DNA of 64,000 nucleotides from Octopus vulgaris (GCA_951406725.2 OX597833.1:32674001-32738000), one strand, 5' to 3'. Shown: positions 13,626-26,320, counted from the first letter of the stretch. Notes: generated from the letters alone by a model not told the origin. A program made the numbers and translations.

Positions 13626-15889
13626 TTGCGTTAATAATAAAATAAACACTGTTTTGGTTTCAGAAATGTTTAAATTATTACAGAATGCAGAGGTGTTCTA
13701 CTCATCTATGAACAAAATGAAATGAGCCATAAAGAGAAAATATATGCAATGTTATAGCGTATGCGTTAAAAATTAACTTTAGCGTTTTCATGTCTCTCTT
13801 AGACATATCGACAACATCAAAATAGTAGATTCCATTCTGTCAAAAGAAATAAAAAGGCAAAGTACTGTAGCCCAGAGATCACCATCTTCTGGAACCTGAC
13901 TAAGTCCTTCCAGAAAGAGCTGGAATGTTTTGGCGTGGAGACCTCACTCATGGCTAAGAAAAAGAAATATTCTCAGCGGTCAGTCGTCGTTACATTGGTC
14001 AAGTTTATTTAGCTGGTCCAATACATCATAATGACAACAATTCCAACGAGTCGATAATTGCAGGAGAGCGAAAATCCACAGGATTGGTCAAAGACTTCAC
14101 AGTTCCAAGGACTCGATGGAAGTTACCCATAAACGCGCTGCTGACTACTTGAGAGATGACCATCTAGTCCTGATACACAGTCGCTTCTGTGGTCACATCG
14201 GAGAGCCATTAGATAAAGGACATTACTATCGCTTGGCCTGCTTCTGGCTTTTTCGACCTATTTATTTCAAATTCATCAAATGAATCGGTGACTGGGATCT
14301 ACTAGCTAACATTAGGAAAATTGTTTTTATACATGACTTTTCATTGTTATTTGGACTATATCTTATCAGGCATGTCGATATTTATCGCAAGTATATGAAA
14401 TTAATGTCGGTCTAGTTAATATACACAATATACATACACAAAAAATATTTTTCTCGTTTAAATTGTTTCTCGCAGTAATCAAAATTTCTCATAGTCTAAT
14501 GAATTATCTCTATACTGAATATGCAAATATTCATTTGCGCCAAGAATATTTACAGATTTAAATTAGATTCTCTCTCACTTTCTCTCCCCAATTTCTCTCA
14601 CATTCTCTCCCCACCTCTCTCCCCCTCTCTCTCTCTCTCACTTACTCACACACACTCGTGCCTATCAATCCAGTCGGTTTCGTCGGCGACTGTTCAGTTG
14701 TTCGACCAACTGAATTACCTACTCATTTAGTTAATGTAGATGTAGCTGAGTCTTCTATAGGTACGTTTAACTTTAACGTATTTCTCTGACAGAATCAATG
14801 CGACACAGTTTGACTAGGCTGGTTCTTGGTTATTATTTAATTGCGACAGATTTTGGTCCAGATTTTTTTAACAAGATGGACCATGCATGATAACGGAAGT
14901 GTCCATTTAATATTTTGTAACTAAATGTTACTTTGCCGCACATATCTGACACAGTCGGAATCACCTAACGTCTGGGAAACTATTTCCATCGTAGTATTTT
15001 TGAAGATGACTGTAAACTTGTGCCGGAGATTGAGACGTTAGTGAAATATCATTTTAGTGTTCTCTCATTCAATTGTCTGTCGATTATATAATGAAGTTTG
15101 CGGTGTTCTGAATGTGAATATTAGATCTTGTGTCCCAATCTCCATATGTATAACTTCTTATTACAAGCCGACGAAGGAGATTCCATGTGGTCATCGACCC
15201 TGCTATAAATAAGAACCAAATCACCATTGAATTAAAAAAAAACAACCTTCGTCTTTACTAAAGGAAAAACACAGACGATGTAGCACTACAAACCCGGATA
15301 TAACATCTAAAACGAAGGTATCGTCACATCTCGATAACAGTTGACCAGGTGAGGGAGGTTAAAAAGCAATACATCAACGCAATAATTTCTGTAGTTCAAC
15401 ATAACAACTATGAAGTTGATGAATATAAATCATTATTCACATTGTTCTTGACGAGGCCTATGTGGTCAAGAAGTTCCATTTAAAGCTAGATGTTTTCATG
15501 CTCCACCTCATTGCGCGTCACGTTAGACAGATGTTTTTATCAAAATCTCGGAGAAACCAAAGTGTTATGAGTAACACTGTGTGGAATATGCGTTGGAATA
15601 ACCGTTTCTTCTTTTATGTCAGTGTTAGACTTAATTCATCATTTGGTTTAACACCTACATTATCTACCTCTTGGAAGCCTTTAGTGGAATTCGCTCTACT
15701 TACAATGGACAGGTCCCTTGTACAAACCTATTTGCTCTAACAAATCACTGGGGCGCCAAATTGCATTATGTGCAGTGTCCTTCTTCCTCTGAAATACCAT
15801 TTATTAAAAAGAAAACGAATTGGCTATGTCAGGAAGCTGAAAGACTTTGTCCTCTTGGATTTGCTGCAACCTTCGGGTGAGGGGTAGGT

Positions 15890-16040
15890 GTAAGTCGACT
15901 ACTTCGACACCAATGCAGTACTGGTACTTATTTTATCGACCCCGAAAGAACGAAAGGCAAGTCGACTTCGACAGATTTTGAACTCAGGACGTAAAAATGG
16001 ACGAAATACCACTAAGCTTTTTTACCCGACGTACTAACAA
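15890..16040 (-). mobile_element. SINE family B
   Basis: Core and head on the minus strand. Confidence 0.75.
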
Positions 16041-16095
16041 TTCTACCAGCTCATCGCCTTAATAATAATGATAATAATAATAATGATAATAATAT

Positions 16096-16527
16096 ACCAC
16101 AGATTTGCTTGTCAGTTGTTTGACCTTAACCAGTTGAGCATGGCCCTTAGTGGCTGACGATATGTGCATCTCTGATCACGAGCAGAAGTAGTGGGGGAGC
16201 ATCATAGCCATGTGTTGAGAAGGATTCTTTGGGGTTTGAATAATTCACTTCTGGAAACATGGGTGTTTCGTTCAACATCCTTAAACAACCCTTATTCAGG
16301 GACCGTTTGAGCGGGATGGGCTACTCAACCTGAAGAAAATTCTAACTGGGCCCCACCTGCAAGGTCATGTGCTGTTTATCTTGATATGAGATCACCATGT
16401 CGTGCACATATGGTTGTGATGCATGTGCCTGGTATACCTTTATCAGACGGGTAGTCATGATGGGTATATTGGGCTTCGTATATTTTACCCCAGTGTCACT
16501 TTGATGGCATGAACTGCTCTCTCACTC

Positions 16528-16571
<44 letters not shown>
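16096..16571 (+). mobile_element. Non-LTR retroelement 3' end or SINE terminating in (AAT)n
   Basis: A GC-balanced 430 bp block sits between two (AAT)n tracts and ends CTCACTCAAT(AAT)n. No ORF. Confidence 0.5.
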
Positions 16572-16573
<2 letters not shown>

Positions 16574-17289
16574 GTTTCAAATTTTGGCACAATGCCAACC
16601 CTCGATTGCTCCAAATTGATCAGAGTCCAGTCAAAGCCAGCTTTATTTCCAACTCTCCCTATGGTGTATCTCATAATGTATGTGTTGTGCATAGATTTTT
16701 CATGTCAACTCTTGCCTGACAAGACTGCAGATGACAAAGCCCAACATTTTCACTAACAATTTGGCCCAAATTTTAAATACTGCATTCAACAGAAGTTTAG
16801 GTAGAAAATCATCTACGATATCTCCCTTGTCAGCGTTCTTTTTCAATAGACGTTACCCATGCATCAGTCAACAATACCGGGAATTATCACCTGTTTCCAA
16901 TTGTGGGAGACATCTACTAAGAGGTTGCCAAACAAGTGTCGAGTATATAATCGTAAAGCTCACTGCACAAACCGTTCAAAACAGATGATATGTACGTGCA
17001 GCTTATCACTTCCTCCTGTATTTCTAGCAATCTATTGCTAGAAAATCGTACACATCTGTGCAGAATCGCGTAGCATGCACCCAACCAGGTCAGTTAAAGA
17101 TTGGATTGCGGTTTTGTTTTCAAGTCGGCTTTCGCCTGTCGGGCTAGTCTGACAGGTTTTTAAAAAAATCTTTGCGATTTAGCAAACGAGCCCCGGTGCT
17201 AACAATAAAACTCTTGTGTTTTGCGTTGCAGAAATGGTAGAGGAGCATTCTCGGCGCCTCGCACGTCGGTCGTGATGCGACTTAGTAAT

Positions 17290-17750
17290 CCTTTCTAATG
17301 GAAGCACAAGGCCTCAAATTTTGGGTAAGGGATGAAGTCGATTACATCAACCCCAGTATGCAAATGGTACTTAATTTATTGATTCCGAAATGATGAAAGC
17401 CAAAGACGACCTCGGCGGAATTTGAACTCAGAACGTAGCGACGGGCGAAATACCTATTTCTTTACTACCTACAAGGGGCTAAACACAGAGAGGACAAACA
17501 AGGACAGACAAACGGATTAAGTCGATTATATCGACTCCAGTGCGTAACTGGTACTTATTTAATCGACCCCGAAAGGATGAAAGGCAAAGTCGACCTCGGC
17601 GGAATTTGAACTCAGAACGTAGCGGCAGACGAAATACTGCTAAGCATTTCGCCCGGCGTTCTACCGATTCTGCCAGCTCGCCGCCTTCGACGGGCGAAAT
17701 ACCGCAAAACATTGATTAACGCGCTAACGATTCTGCCTGCATGCCGCCTT
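17290..17750 (-). mobile_element. SINE family B (host copy, interrupted at 17455-17687)
   Basis: Body 17290-17454 and head 17688-17750, joined by a 16-bp TSD CGACGGGCGAAATACC. Confidence 0.85.
17455..17687 (-). mobile_element. SINE family B subfamily with Tx1-like 3' tail, nested insertion
   Basis: Full head to tail ...GTAGTAAAGAAATA. Flanked by TSD 17439-17454 / 17688-17703. Confidence 0.9.
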
Positions 17751-17955
17751 GATACCTCTTACTAATAGATGCTAACTAACACCCACAGACTATTTATTTT
17801 TATCGATAGTTATTTATTAAATGCTTTCGATTCTTATTTAATAGTGTAAATCTTAAAAAGCAAGATTCTAATCCCGGTGTGTGGCGCGTGCAGAACATTT
17901 TACTTTCCCCAGCAAAAATTATCAGGTAACTCGATACGGAATAAAGATAGATATA

Positions 17956-19157
17956 TAGTGGTGGGACAAAATAATGGAAACACCTTAAAATTTCAAACAA
18001 ATTTATTTTAATATGGAGTCGGGCCGCCTTTGGCAGTAATTACAGCTTGAATTTTATAAGGTATGGACTCGTACAAAGTTTGAATTGTTTCCAAACAGCT
18101 AAAACAGTCTCCAGTTTTTGTAGTGATGATGTTGGTGGATATCGACTCCTTACTTGTCTTTCTAAAATGCACCATAAATGTTCAATTATATTGAGATCTG
18201 GGGACTGTGACGGCCAGATTAGATGTTCAACTTCACTAGATTGTTCCTCGTGCCATTCAGTAACAACTTTAGCTGTGTGAATTTGTGCATTATCATCCTA
18301 AAAGATTGCATTTCCCTCCGGAAACAGTTCCGCAACCATAGGTTGAATTTGATCATATAAAATGCTTAAATAGTCTTGACTATTAATTCTGCCATGAAAG
18401 GAAACCGCTGGGTCGGCGGATTTCCAAGATATAGCCTTCCTGATTATCACAGATCCTCCTCCATGTTTAACAGTTGGAAGAAGGCAGTCTGGGTCAAATG
18501 CTTCTTTTGGCTGTCAGGATGACTCGTCCGAGAAAATAACATTCTTCCACTGCTCTAGGAATCAATTCTGTAGGTTTTTTTATCCACCCTAAACGCTTTG
18601 CAACGTTTGTTTTTGAAAGTAGTTCTTTTCTGATCGCAAATCCGGCTTTGTGCAGCTCCCAGCGAACAGTTTTTGTTGAAGCTGAGTTCTCGAGGTGGTC
18701 ATTAAGCTCTGCAGTAATTTGGGAGCTGTACTTTTGTGGTCCTTTCTAACAATTCGCGTAAGAGTCCGACGGTCCCTATCTGAAAGTTTTGGTTTTTTTC
18801 CGAGGTTTTGTTTCGACAAGGAGGTTTTTCCCTCTTTCTCAAAGGCTGTCATTACTTTCGAGACAATACTTCTTTATAAACCAAACATTTCGGCTGTTTT
18901 CGTTACGCTAGTGCCTGCCATACAAGCACCAACAGTTTGACCTCTTTGAAAGTCCGATAGATCTGTCATTTTAATGAATTTTAATTACGTTTTTCTGAAA
19001 ATATCTGAAAAGAAAGAGCAATTTTTGCAAAACATATTAAGCAACACTAATAATAAATCAAAATACATAAAAATAACCAAGCTTTTGACGGTTTTATAGA
19101 TAGTTCAAAATTGTGATGCAATGATGCAAAGTTTTTCCATTATTTTGTCCAAACTTG
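17956..19157 (-). mobile_element. Tc1-family DNA transposon, decayed
   Basis: TIRs GGACAAAATAATGGAAA / TTTCCATTATTTTGTCC with TA flanks. Transposase starts at 18969 (MTDLSDFQRGQ..) with FSDES, DDNA and [11 protein letters not shown] motifs. Confidence 0.92.
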
Positions 19158-19897
19158 TATATGAATATCTTAACCGTGGTCTAGGATGCTTCACATCGGT
19201 AGCGTAATTTAAACATTACAATATGAATACCGTGCTACAGCAAAATAATAGCAATAATAGTTTCAAGCAAAGTGAGTGAGTTGGTCGATTACTTCGACTG
19301 CAGTACTTCCCTTGTACTTTAATTTATTGGGACCCCGGAAGGATGAACGAAACTGGGTATTATCGAATGATCTAGCTGACCTCGGGATTTGAACTCCTTA
19401 TGTTTAGAGTCGAAACGAAATAACGAAATACATTTTTGTACTTTTTTCACTATTTTATTAACTTGGCACCCACAAAAATAAATGAAAAGTTAGAAAAGCA
19501 AGGTGTAATGAAAATACGCCCTCTCTTTGACATGATAGTCAGGAAATATTCTGCTAAACAAGTGGAATTCTTGACACATACCTCATGTCTTTCAAATGCC
19601 TGTCTTGGTCTCACCCTCTACCTTTCCTTCCTCCATCGAAATATGTGATGTCTGCTGATACTGGGATCTAGTTAGTGACGTAAAAGAGTAGGGCTAGTAA
19701 ATGTGTGTATACTTGATGTCTATTACTTTACAGTTTGAACAACGAAACCGCTGTGGTATCATTCACTTCGTGTTGAAAACAAACCGTCAAAACCTAACAA
19801 TCACGTTTTATATAAAAAATAAAGCACTGTTACTCAAGATGTGACGTCTGGACGTTTATGTATGTGAACTTGTTTATTCCTATATGTGTATATGTTT

Positions 19898-19936
<39 letters not shown>

Positions 19937-20097
19937 TGTGTATATGTGTGGTGTGTGTATGTGTGTGATGGTGCGTTTGTGTATGCTAGTTGGTTGAGGT
20001 GATGAGGCTCCGCTTGGATTGCTAGTTCCCTTGATCTCTGATTCAATGATGATCACATACATACATACATATATACATACATACATACATACATACA

Positions 20098-20128
<31 letters not shown>

Positions 20129-20314
20129 GAATGTATATGCAATGTACATATATGACTGTATATTAATTCTTTCTGTGAAACATGCTCGGAGGTGAGTCAT
20201 ATACTTGCCGAAATAATTGAGGTAATGTTCTCATTACACCAGTATTTTTAACTGGATTTTTTCTCCCTACTTTTCTTTTTCTGTCCTTCTTGCTGTCTCT
20301 CGTTCTGTGTCTCT

Positions 20315-20369
<55 letters not shown>

Positions 20370-20430
20370 TGTATATATGTGTGTGTGTACATGCGTATAT
20401 ATATATATATATATTTATATATTTATAAAC

Positions 20431-21210
20431 TAAATTAGAGATAAAACCACTATTAGGCAACTCAAACAGTGATAGACATAAACCAAAACATAAAAAACAA
20501 AAAATAAATATAATTAATATAATATATATATGAAATATAAAATTTAAAATTTTAATATTTTAAAATCCTTTAATTTTTAATTTTTAATTTTAATGTTTAA
20601 TTTTTTTAACCTTAAAAACAAATATTTAACATAAATGGGTTGTATGAAATAATCCTAATGTTTTAAGTTTCTAATTTAAATAATAGAGTTTTATTTTATA
20701 AAAAAATTATTATTTTATTTATTTCTTTAAAAATATTGTTTGACTCTATTTGCTTATTTATTTAACTATTATCATTAACCTGAAGATTGACTATAATTTT
20801 AAATCGAATTTTCAATTGAATTTAAACTTAATTGTAATTCGAATTTAATTTAGTTATGAAACGTACGTTGTGTTTTTACTTATTATATTATATATAACTT
20901 TTTTATACTTTTAGGTTAGTTAAAAAATAAAAAAATAAAAAATTAAAATTAAAATTAAAAATTTTAAAATATAAAAATATAAAAATTTTAAATTTTAATA
21001 ATTTAACTTTAAAATTTTATATTTTATATATATATTATATATTATATTAATTATATTTATTTTTTGTTTTTTACGTTTTGGTTTATGACTATCACTGTTT
21101 GAGTTGCCTAATAGTGGTTTTATCTCTAATTTATATTTATAGTGTGAAATTTGATTTAATCCTAAATCTAATTTTTCCCTGTAAGTTTGGATATACTCCC
21201 TAATATTATT
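20431..21210. repeat. AT-rich foldback element (PLE pLTR-like) with hammerhead motif
   Basis: Inverted arms ~20431-20600 / ~20930-21133 (TAAATTAGAGATAAAACCACTATTAGGCAACTCAAACAGTGATAG and its reverse complement). Same family as 56724-61815. Confidence 0.85.
20776..20874 (+). ncRNA. Hammerhead-like motif with long stem II
   Basis: CTGAAGA 20780-20786, hairpin TGACTA..TAGTTA, GAAA-CGTACG-TT. Stem I is weak. Confidence 0.6.
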
Positions 21211-21264
<54 letters not shown>

Positions 21265-21614
21265 CATACATATACACACAAATATGTGTGTATGTGTGCG
21301 TATGTTTACATATATAAATACGTACATGCATGCATGCATGCATACATACATACATACATACATACATACATACATACATACATACATACATACATACATA
21401 CATACATACATAAATGCATACTACCGTTAAGGCTATCTCAAGTTTCACCTTAACGGAAATTGCGAAGGATGACCGCAAATTTCAAGATACGCTCGAAAAC
21501 TTTTCTCGTATAGATAGAACTGAAGAACGTAAAATCACGCTTTAGCAAACAAAAGGATGCTTCTCAAAATGTTCACTAAGATCAAAGTATTATTAACTAT
21601 TCGGAAACCTGATC

Positions 21615-21694
<80 letters not shown>

Positions 21695-21799
21695 CTTTAT
21701 TTAAAGCATATTATTCTACCACTGGTATTTGAGTACTCTTTTTTCCACCTCGTTTCACATTTATATGTTTACTCCGGTATATATATATGTATATATAGG

Positions 21800-22856
21800 G
21801 AGAATTCTTAAAAAGAAAAGACGAAGACAGTTGCTGTAGACAACAAACAGATGTATTAGTATAACGCTCGGGAAGTGAAAAATCTTTAACGTTTCGAGCC
21901 TACGCTCTTCCACAGAAAGCAACACAGAAAGAAACAAGAAGAAACAAATAAAGACTGTGTAGTGGCTAGCGATCTATCATGACGAATGACAGAAGGAGAG
22001 CTAGGGAGAAGGGGAAATAATAAAGTAGTGGTGATCCCAAAACGAAGGTATACTTCCGTGTGTATAAGAGAGTTTGTATGTGCGTGTGGAAGATGGCTGA
22101 TGGTCTTGACATGTGCGTGTGTGTATGCATAGGTGTGAAAATGTGGGTCTGGAAGTTGTCACTGCAGATGTGTGCGTGGTGTTGTGTTGGGATGCGATGT
22201 GTTGTATGGTATGGTGGTGTAAGTTGTAGTGGTATGGTGTGATGGTGTTGGGAGTTGGAGGAGGTGAGAGTGGGGAAAGCAAGGGTGGGGTGTCGGTTAT
22301 TCTGAGGGTGGGGTAGAGGTGGGGTATATGGGTAGGCGAAGGGTTGGGGTAGAGGTTGGGCATGTGGGAGTGGGTGTAAGGGATGGGGCGGGTGGGATGG
22401 GTAAGGGTAGGAAAGGTGGGATGGATGGGTAGGGGTGGGGTGACGATGAACGGGAATGAGAAGGTGGGTAGGAGTGAAGAAAAGAGAGAAGGAGAGTAGG
22501 AGTGAAGTGAAGAAGTAGGAGTCGGAGCAAGAGAGGACAGGTGTGTTGGAGGAAGTAGGTGTGAGGGGGAGAGAGAGGCGAGGGGAGGAGAGTTGAGCCC
22601 ATGTGGCGGAAAGGAGCGAAGAGAGAAGATTAATCCCTGTTCACGGCGCAAACGGGAGCCCGGATGGCCCCTTTGTAAGGACATCCGAATACGGACAGAG
22701 TGACCGTTAGACGGAAATGGCGCGAGACTGGGGTGTCATTACCGAGTCGGATGTCTCGGAGGTGTTCCGCGAACCGGATTGAGAGGTTGGGTTAGGGAAG
22801 AAGGTGTGGACCAAGAGGTCTCGTAGGCTGTGGGCTCGTTTGAAGGAGGGGTCTAT
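21800..22856 (-). mobile_element. Penelope-like element 3' part, internally deleted
   Basis: SFKRAHSLRDLLVH, RFAEHLRDIR..PVSRHF and RREQGLIFSLRSFPPHGLN are PLE linker and GIY-YIG C-terminal motifs. Followed by a pyrimidine-rich 3' region and a hammerhead-like motif at 21884-21919. Confidence 0.85.
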
Positions 22857-24418
22857 TGTTGTGGAAGGATTCTGACCACTCTACAAGTGACTAAAAGGTG
22901 GACTGACTCATTGTTATAAAACAAAGAATTGTCAGCGATTGGCAGTTCCTGTTGTTAGCAGTCCACTGTGAGCCTTTGATATAGAGCAGTGAGTCTCGTA
23001 TGGTAATAGTGCGTCGTGCATATACTTTCTCCCCTCCTCAGCTTCGCTATATTATATATCCAATACAAGGATATAAAAGTGGCGACGTGTTGTTCGAAGC
23101 TTGCGTTGGGGTTTAAAAATCAAAGAAAAAATCGTTTTAACATGCAAGACTTATTGGCTTCAGTGGTGCAGCTGCAACAGCAACAGCAGCAACAACAACA
23201 GCAATTACAACAGCAACTACAATAGCAGTAGCAGCTACAAAACCAACAATTGCTGGAATTAATGTTGTAAAGTCTGAAGATACTTCAGGTTCGTACTCGT
23301 TTAGACATCGTAGCAAATTCATTGGAAGAATTCAGCTATAATCCAGGGATTACCTTCTCGGCATATTTTCGTAGATACGAAGAAATCTTCAAATAACAGT
23401 GGAAAAGTTGGTCCGACAAAAAAAATGTACGACTACTTTTAAGAAAGTTATCCCCTGTTGAAAAATATAGTAATTATATACTGCCGAAGAAGCCAGGAGA
23501 GATATGGAACTCAATTTACCTCAGACGAGTTCAAAAAATTTTGCAAAATGTTTGTTATCGAATATGTGACCACTCCGTCCTATTATCTGAGATCAAAGGG
23601 ACAAGTGGAGCGTTTTGTTGATACTCTCAACAAGGCATTGGAAAAAGTGAACAAGGAAGTTATGGACGATTTTCCACTTCAACAATTTCTAAGAGTGTAT
23701 CGAGTATTACCTAATCTGAACACACTGTCGAGAATGTCACGCGCTGAACTGATATTTGCTACAAAGGTCAGATCTGTTTTTGATAAGCTGATACCTAGTG
23801 AAAATAAAAAAAAGGCGAACAACAAAAATACTTCAAAATTCTTCAAGTTAGATGTTTTTTTCTAAATCTATAGATATGGTAATGAAAGCTGGGATGGGAA
23901 GATGGTGTAATAATTAAACGAATTGGAAGAATGATATTCCTGGTAAAAGGGAAAATGTCGAATACAAAATACATATTAACCATCTTAAGAAAAGATTCAC
24001 GGAAAAAAACAATCACGAGAAATGAAGTCCCTATGGAAGTATTGTACGACACGTTTGAGGTATCAACACCCAAACAATTTGAAACTATACCTTCTAGGAC
24101 CAGAAAATGGAAAAGAACAGAAACATCTGAAATGAACCTTAAACCTAAGAGATATTAAAACTCGGAGCGGAGTTCAAGAAGATAGGGGAGACTGATTCTA
24201 AAAAGGTGAGATGAAAAGGAATCCGACCCCCATGTGACTAAAAGGTGAACTGACTCATTGTTATAAAACAAAGAACTGTCAGCGATTGGCAGTTCGTGTT
24301 GGTAGCAGTTCACTGTGGGCCTTTGATATAGAGTAGTAAGTCTCATGTAATAGTAATAGTAGTGTGTCGTGTATATACTTTCTTCCCACCCTACTTCTTT
24401 ATATCATATATCCAATAA

Positions 24419-24424
<6 letters not shown>
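22857..24424 (+). mobile_element. Internally deleted Gypsy-type LTR retrotransposon
   Basis: Related LTRs 22857-~23067 and ~24207-24424, PBS TGGCGACG at 23080. Gag start MQDLLASVVQLQ(n)..FSAYFRRYE is fused to integrase core GTQFTSDEFKKFC..SKGQVERFVDTL. Confidence 0.88.
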
Positions 24425-24484
<60 letters not shown>

Positions 24485-24485
24485 T

Positions 24486-24530
<45 letters not shown>

Positions 24531-24531
<1 letters not shown>

Positions 24532-25690
24532 TAACAGAATTGCCCGGCGATGCTCGAGGCTGAATTGCTTCAAAGTACTGTTAATGATTGCACTGAATTA
24601 TGATGATTATTCAGGCAAATATTGATATAAGTTTACGGTGGGAGATAAGGACTTAACGATCAAACGTGTACCATTGCATTGTTTTGGGGGAACCAAATTT
24701 CTGATGAGCATTATAGGGCCACCAACTTTAAGTTTGAGAATGTGTGGTGGTAGTCCGAGGGGCTCAAAGGAATTGAGTACCTCTATTGGATAGATGATGA
24801 CGTCCTCTGGGTCAGGAGGTATCGATGGACTGATATACATAGAATTCCCCAGGAATGAGTTTTAGCATTTCATCATTAATATGGTGAACAGTTTTATTCC
24901 TCGGGGCCAGAATAGCCCTTTGGCCAATCCAATCCATATTCTGATAATTAGCTTGTAGATCTGGGAACACTGCATCTCTGAGATCAGAAGGCGTTTTAAC
25001 AATGGTACAAATGGAATCGATGGCAATATTACCATTTTCATTCTCTGGTATTTTGCCTTCGCCAAGTGCAAGGAGGGTGTGAGAAAATGCTGCTGATGTG
25101 ATATTAAGTCGCATATGAGCACGCATATTGGTGTGAAGTTTGAGAGTCTTCACCAGTGGCCACAATGTGGATGACTTAAGACACGCACTTACTGCATCAG
25201 CTGTAGTCCCTTTGGGAATAACGGGAAGTGTTTGTCAGAAGTCCCTTGAAAGAAGAAGTGTTATGCCTCCCATGGGAGGTGAAGAGTGTTTGATGTCTCT
25301 GAGAGATCTATCTAGTGCCTCAAGAGCATGTCTGTGGGCCATCGTGCATTCATCCCAAACGATAAGCTTGCTTCAGCTAGGACAATGCCTTGTGTTCGCC
25401 TAATCTCAGCCAATATTAATTTGTTGACAAAAGTTTTCCCAGTGCCCCCAGGAGCGTCCAGGAAAAAAATCCTCCCAGTTTTGGCCCGGACTGAATTAAC
25501 AACGGAGTTGTAAGCGAACTTGTGTTCTGGAAGGAGCTTTGGCTCATTGTCGGCTATGTACTCGGCAAGCTCATCAACATTAAAACATGTCTCACGCAGC
25601 AAATGTGAAGACAGAGTGTTTGTGCCTTCCGGTTTGTTGAAGGTAGGCCATAGACCGGCAAGGCACTACCGCCCATATCAAGTACAGTAT
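24531..25690 (-). mobile_element. Helitron 3' portion with Pif1-type helicase pseudogene
   Basis: FFLDAPGGTGKTF, WDECTM, LHTNMRA, RAILAPRN and [21 protein letters not shown] motifs. Subterminal hairpin CCTCGAGCATCGCCGGG and a TTAG end at 24531. Confidence 0.9.
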
Positions 25691-25971
25691 CTTCGAACGT
25701 AGTTTGTTACTACACAGCCACACCTGCCCCTATGTATGTGTGTGTGTGTGTGTATGGGTAGATATATTATGCATGTATATATGTGTATATATATGTGTAT
25801 ATATATGTGTGTACATATTACATGTACATCTATATATATATATATATATACAAAAAGCAATAAAGATTCAAGTTAATTTAAATGAATTTACTTGAATATG
25901 GTACCTAACTTAGATGCAAAAAAACTATACTGATTTAACAATACAGTAATGTGGGGTGATTATAAGCGAGA

Positions 25972-26272
25972 ATGAAGCAACAAGAATGGATAGGTTTTTA
26001 GTACAATCGTTTCATACAAGGACAGGTTTTATTAAAAGTTGCAAAGATTACAGCATATAAACGTGTCCCTTTTGAAATCTGTTTATGTTACTTAATTATC
26101 TACATTACTTCATGAGTATAGCCTCAACCACTAGGATGTCTAGAGAACTCACATGTATTTTAGCTGATGAGTACGGGACACGTTTATATGCTGTAATCTT
26201 TGCAACTTTTAATAAAACCTGTCCTTGTATGAAACGATTGTACTAAAAACCTATCCATTCTTGTTGCTTCAT
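25972..26272. repeat. Foldback with perfect 98-bp inverted arms
   Basis: 25972-26069 is the exact reverse complement of 26175-26272. Confidence 0.95.
26158..26248 (+). ncRNA. Type I minimal hammerhead ribozyme, canonical core
   Basis: Stem I TTTTAG/CTAAAA, CTGATGA 26164-26170, stem II GTACGGGACA..TGTCCTTGTAT, GAAA-C-GATT-G-TA. Predicted cut after A26242. Confidence 0.8.
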
Positions 26273-26275
26273 ATA

Positions 26276-26320
<45 letters not shown>

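Noticed and set aside
16600-17280. Possible exon or transposase remnant
   Set aside because: No recognisable protein motif or convincing splice-bounded ORF.
22001-22602. Pro/Ser/Thr-rich ORFs and a G-rich strand
   Set aside because: Low-complexity 3' region of the PLE. Only the first ~32 aa of the 227-aa ORF are endonuclease-derived.
23016-23225. PolyQ ORF as a host gene
   Set aside because: It lies between the PBS and gag motifs of the LTR element.
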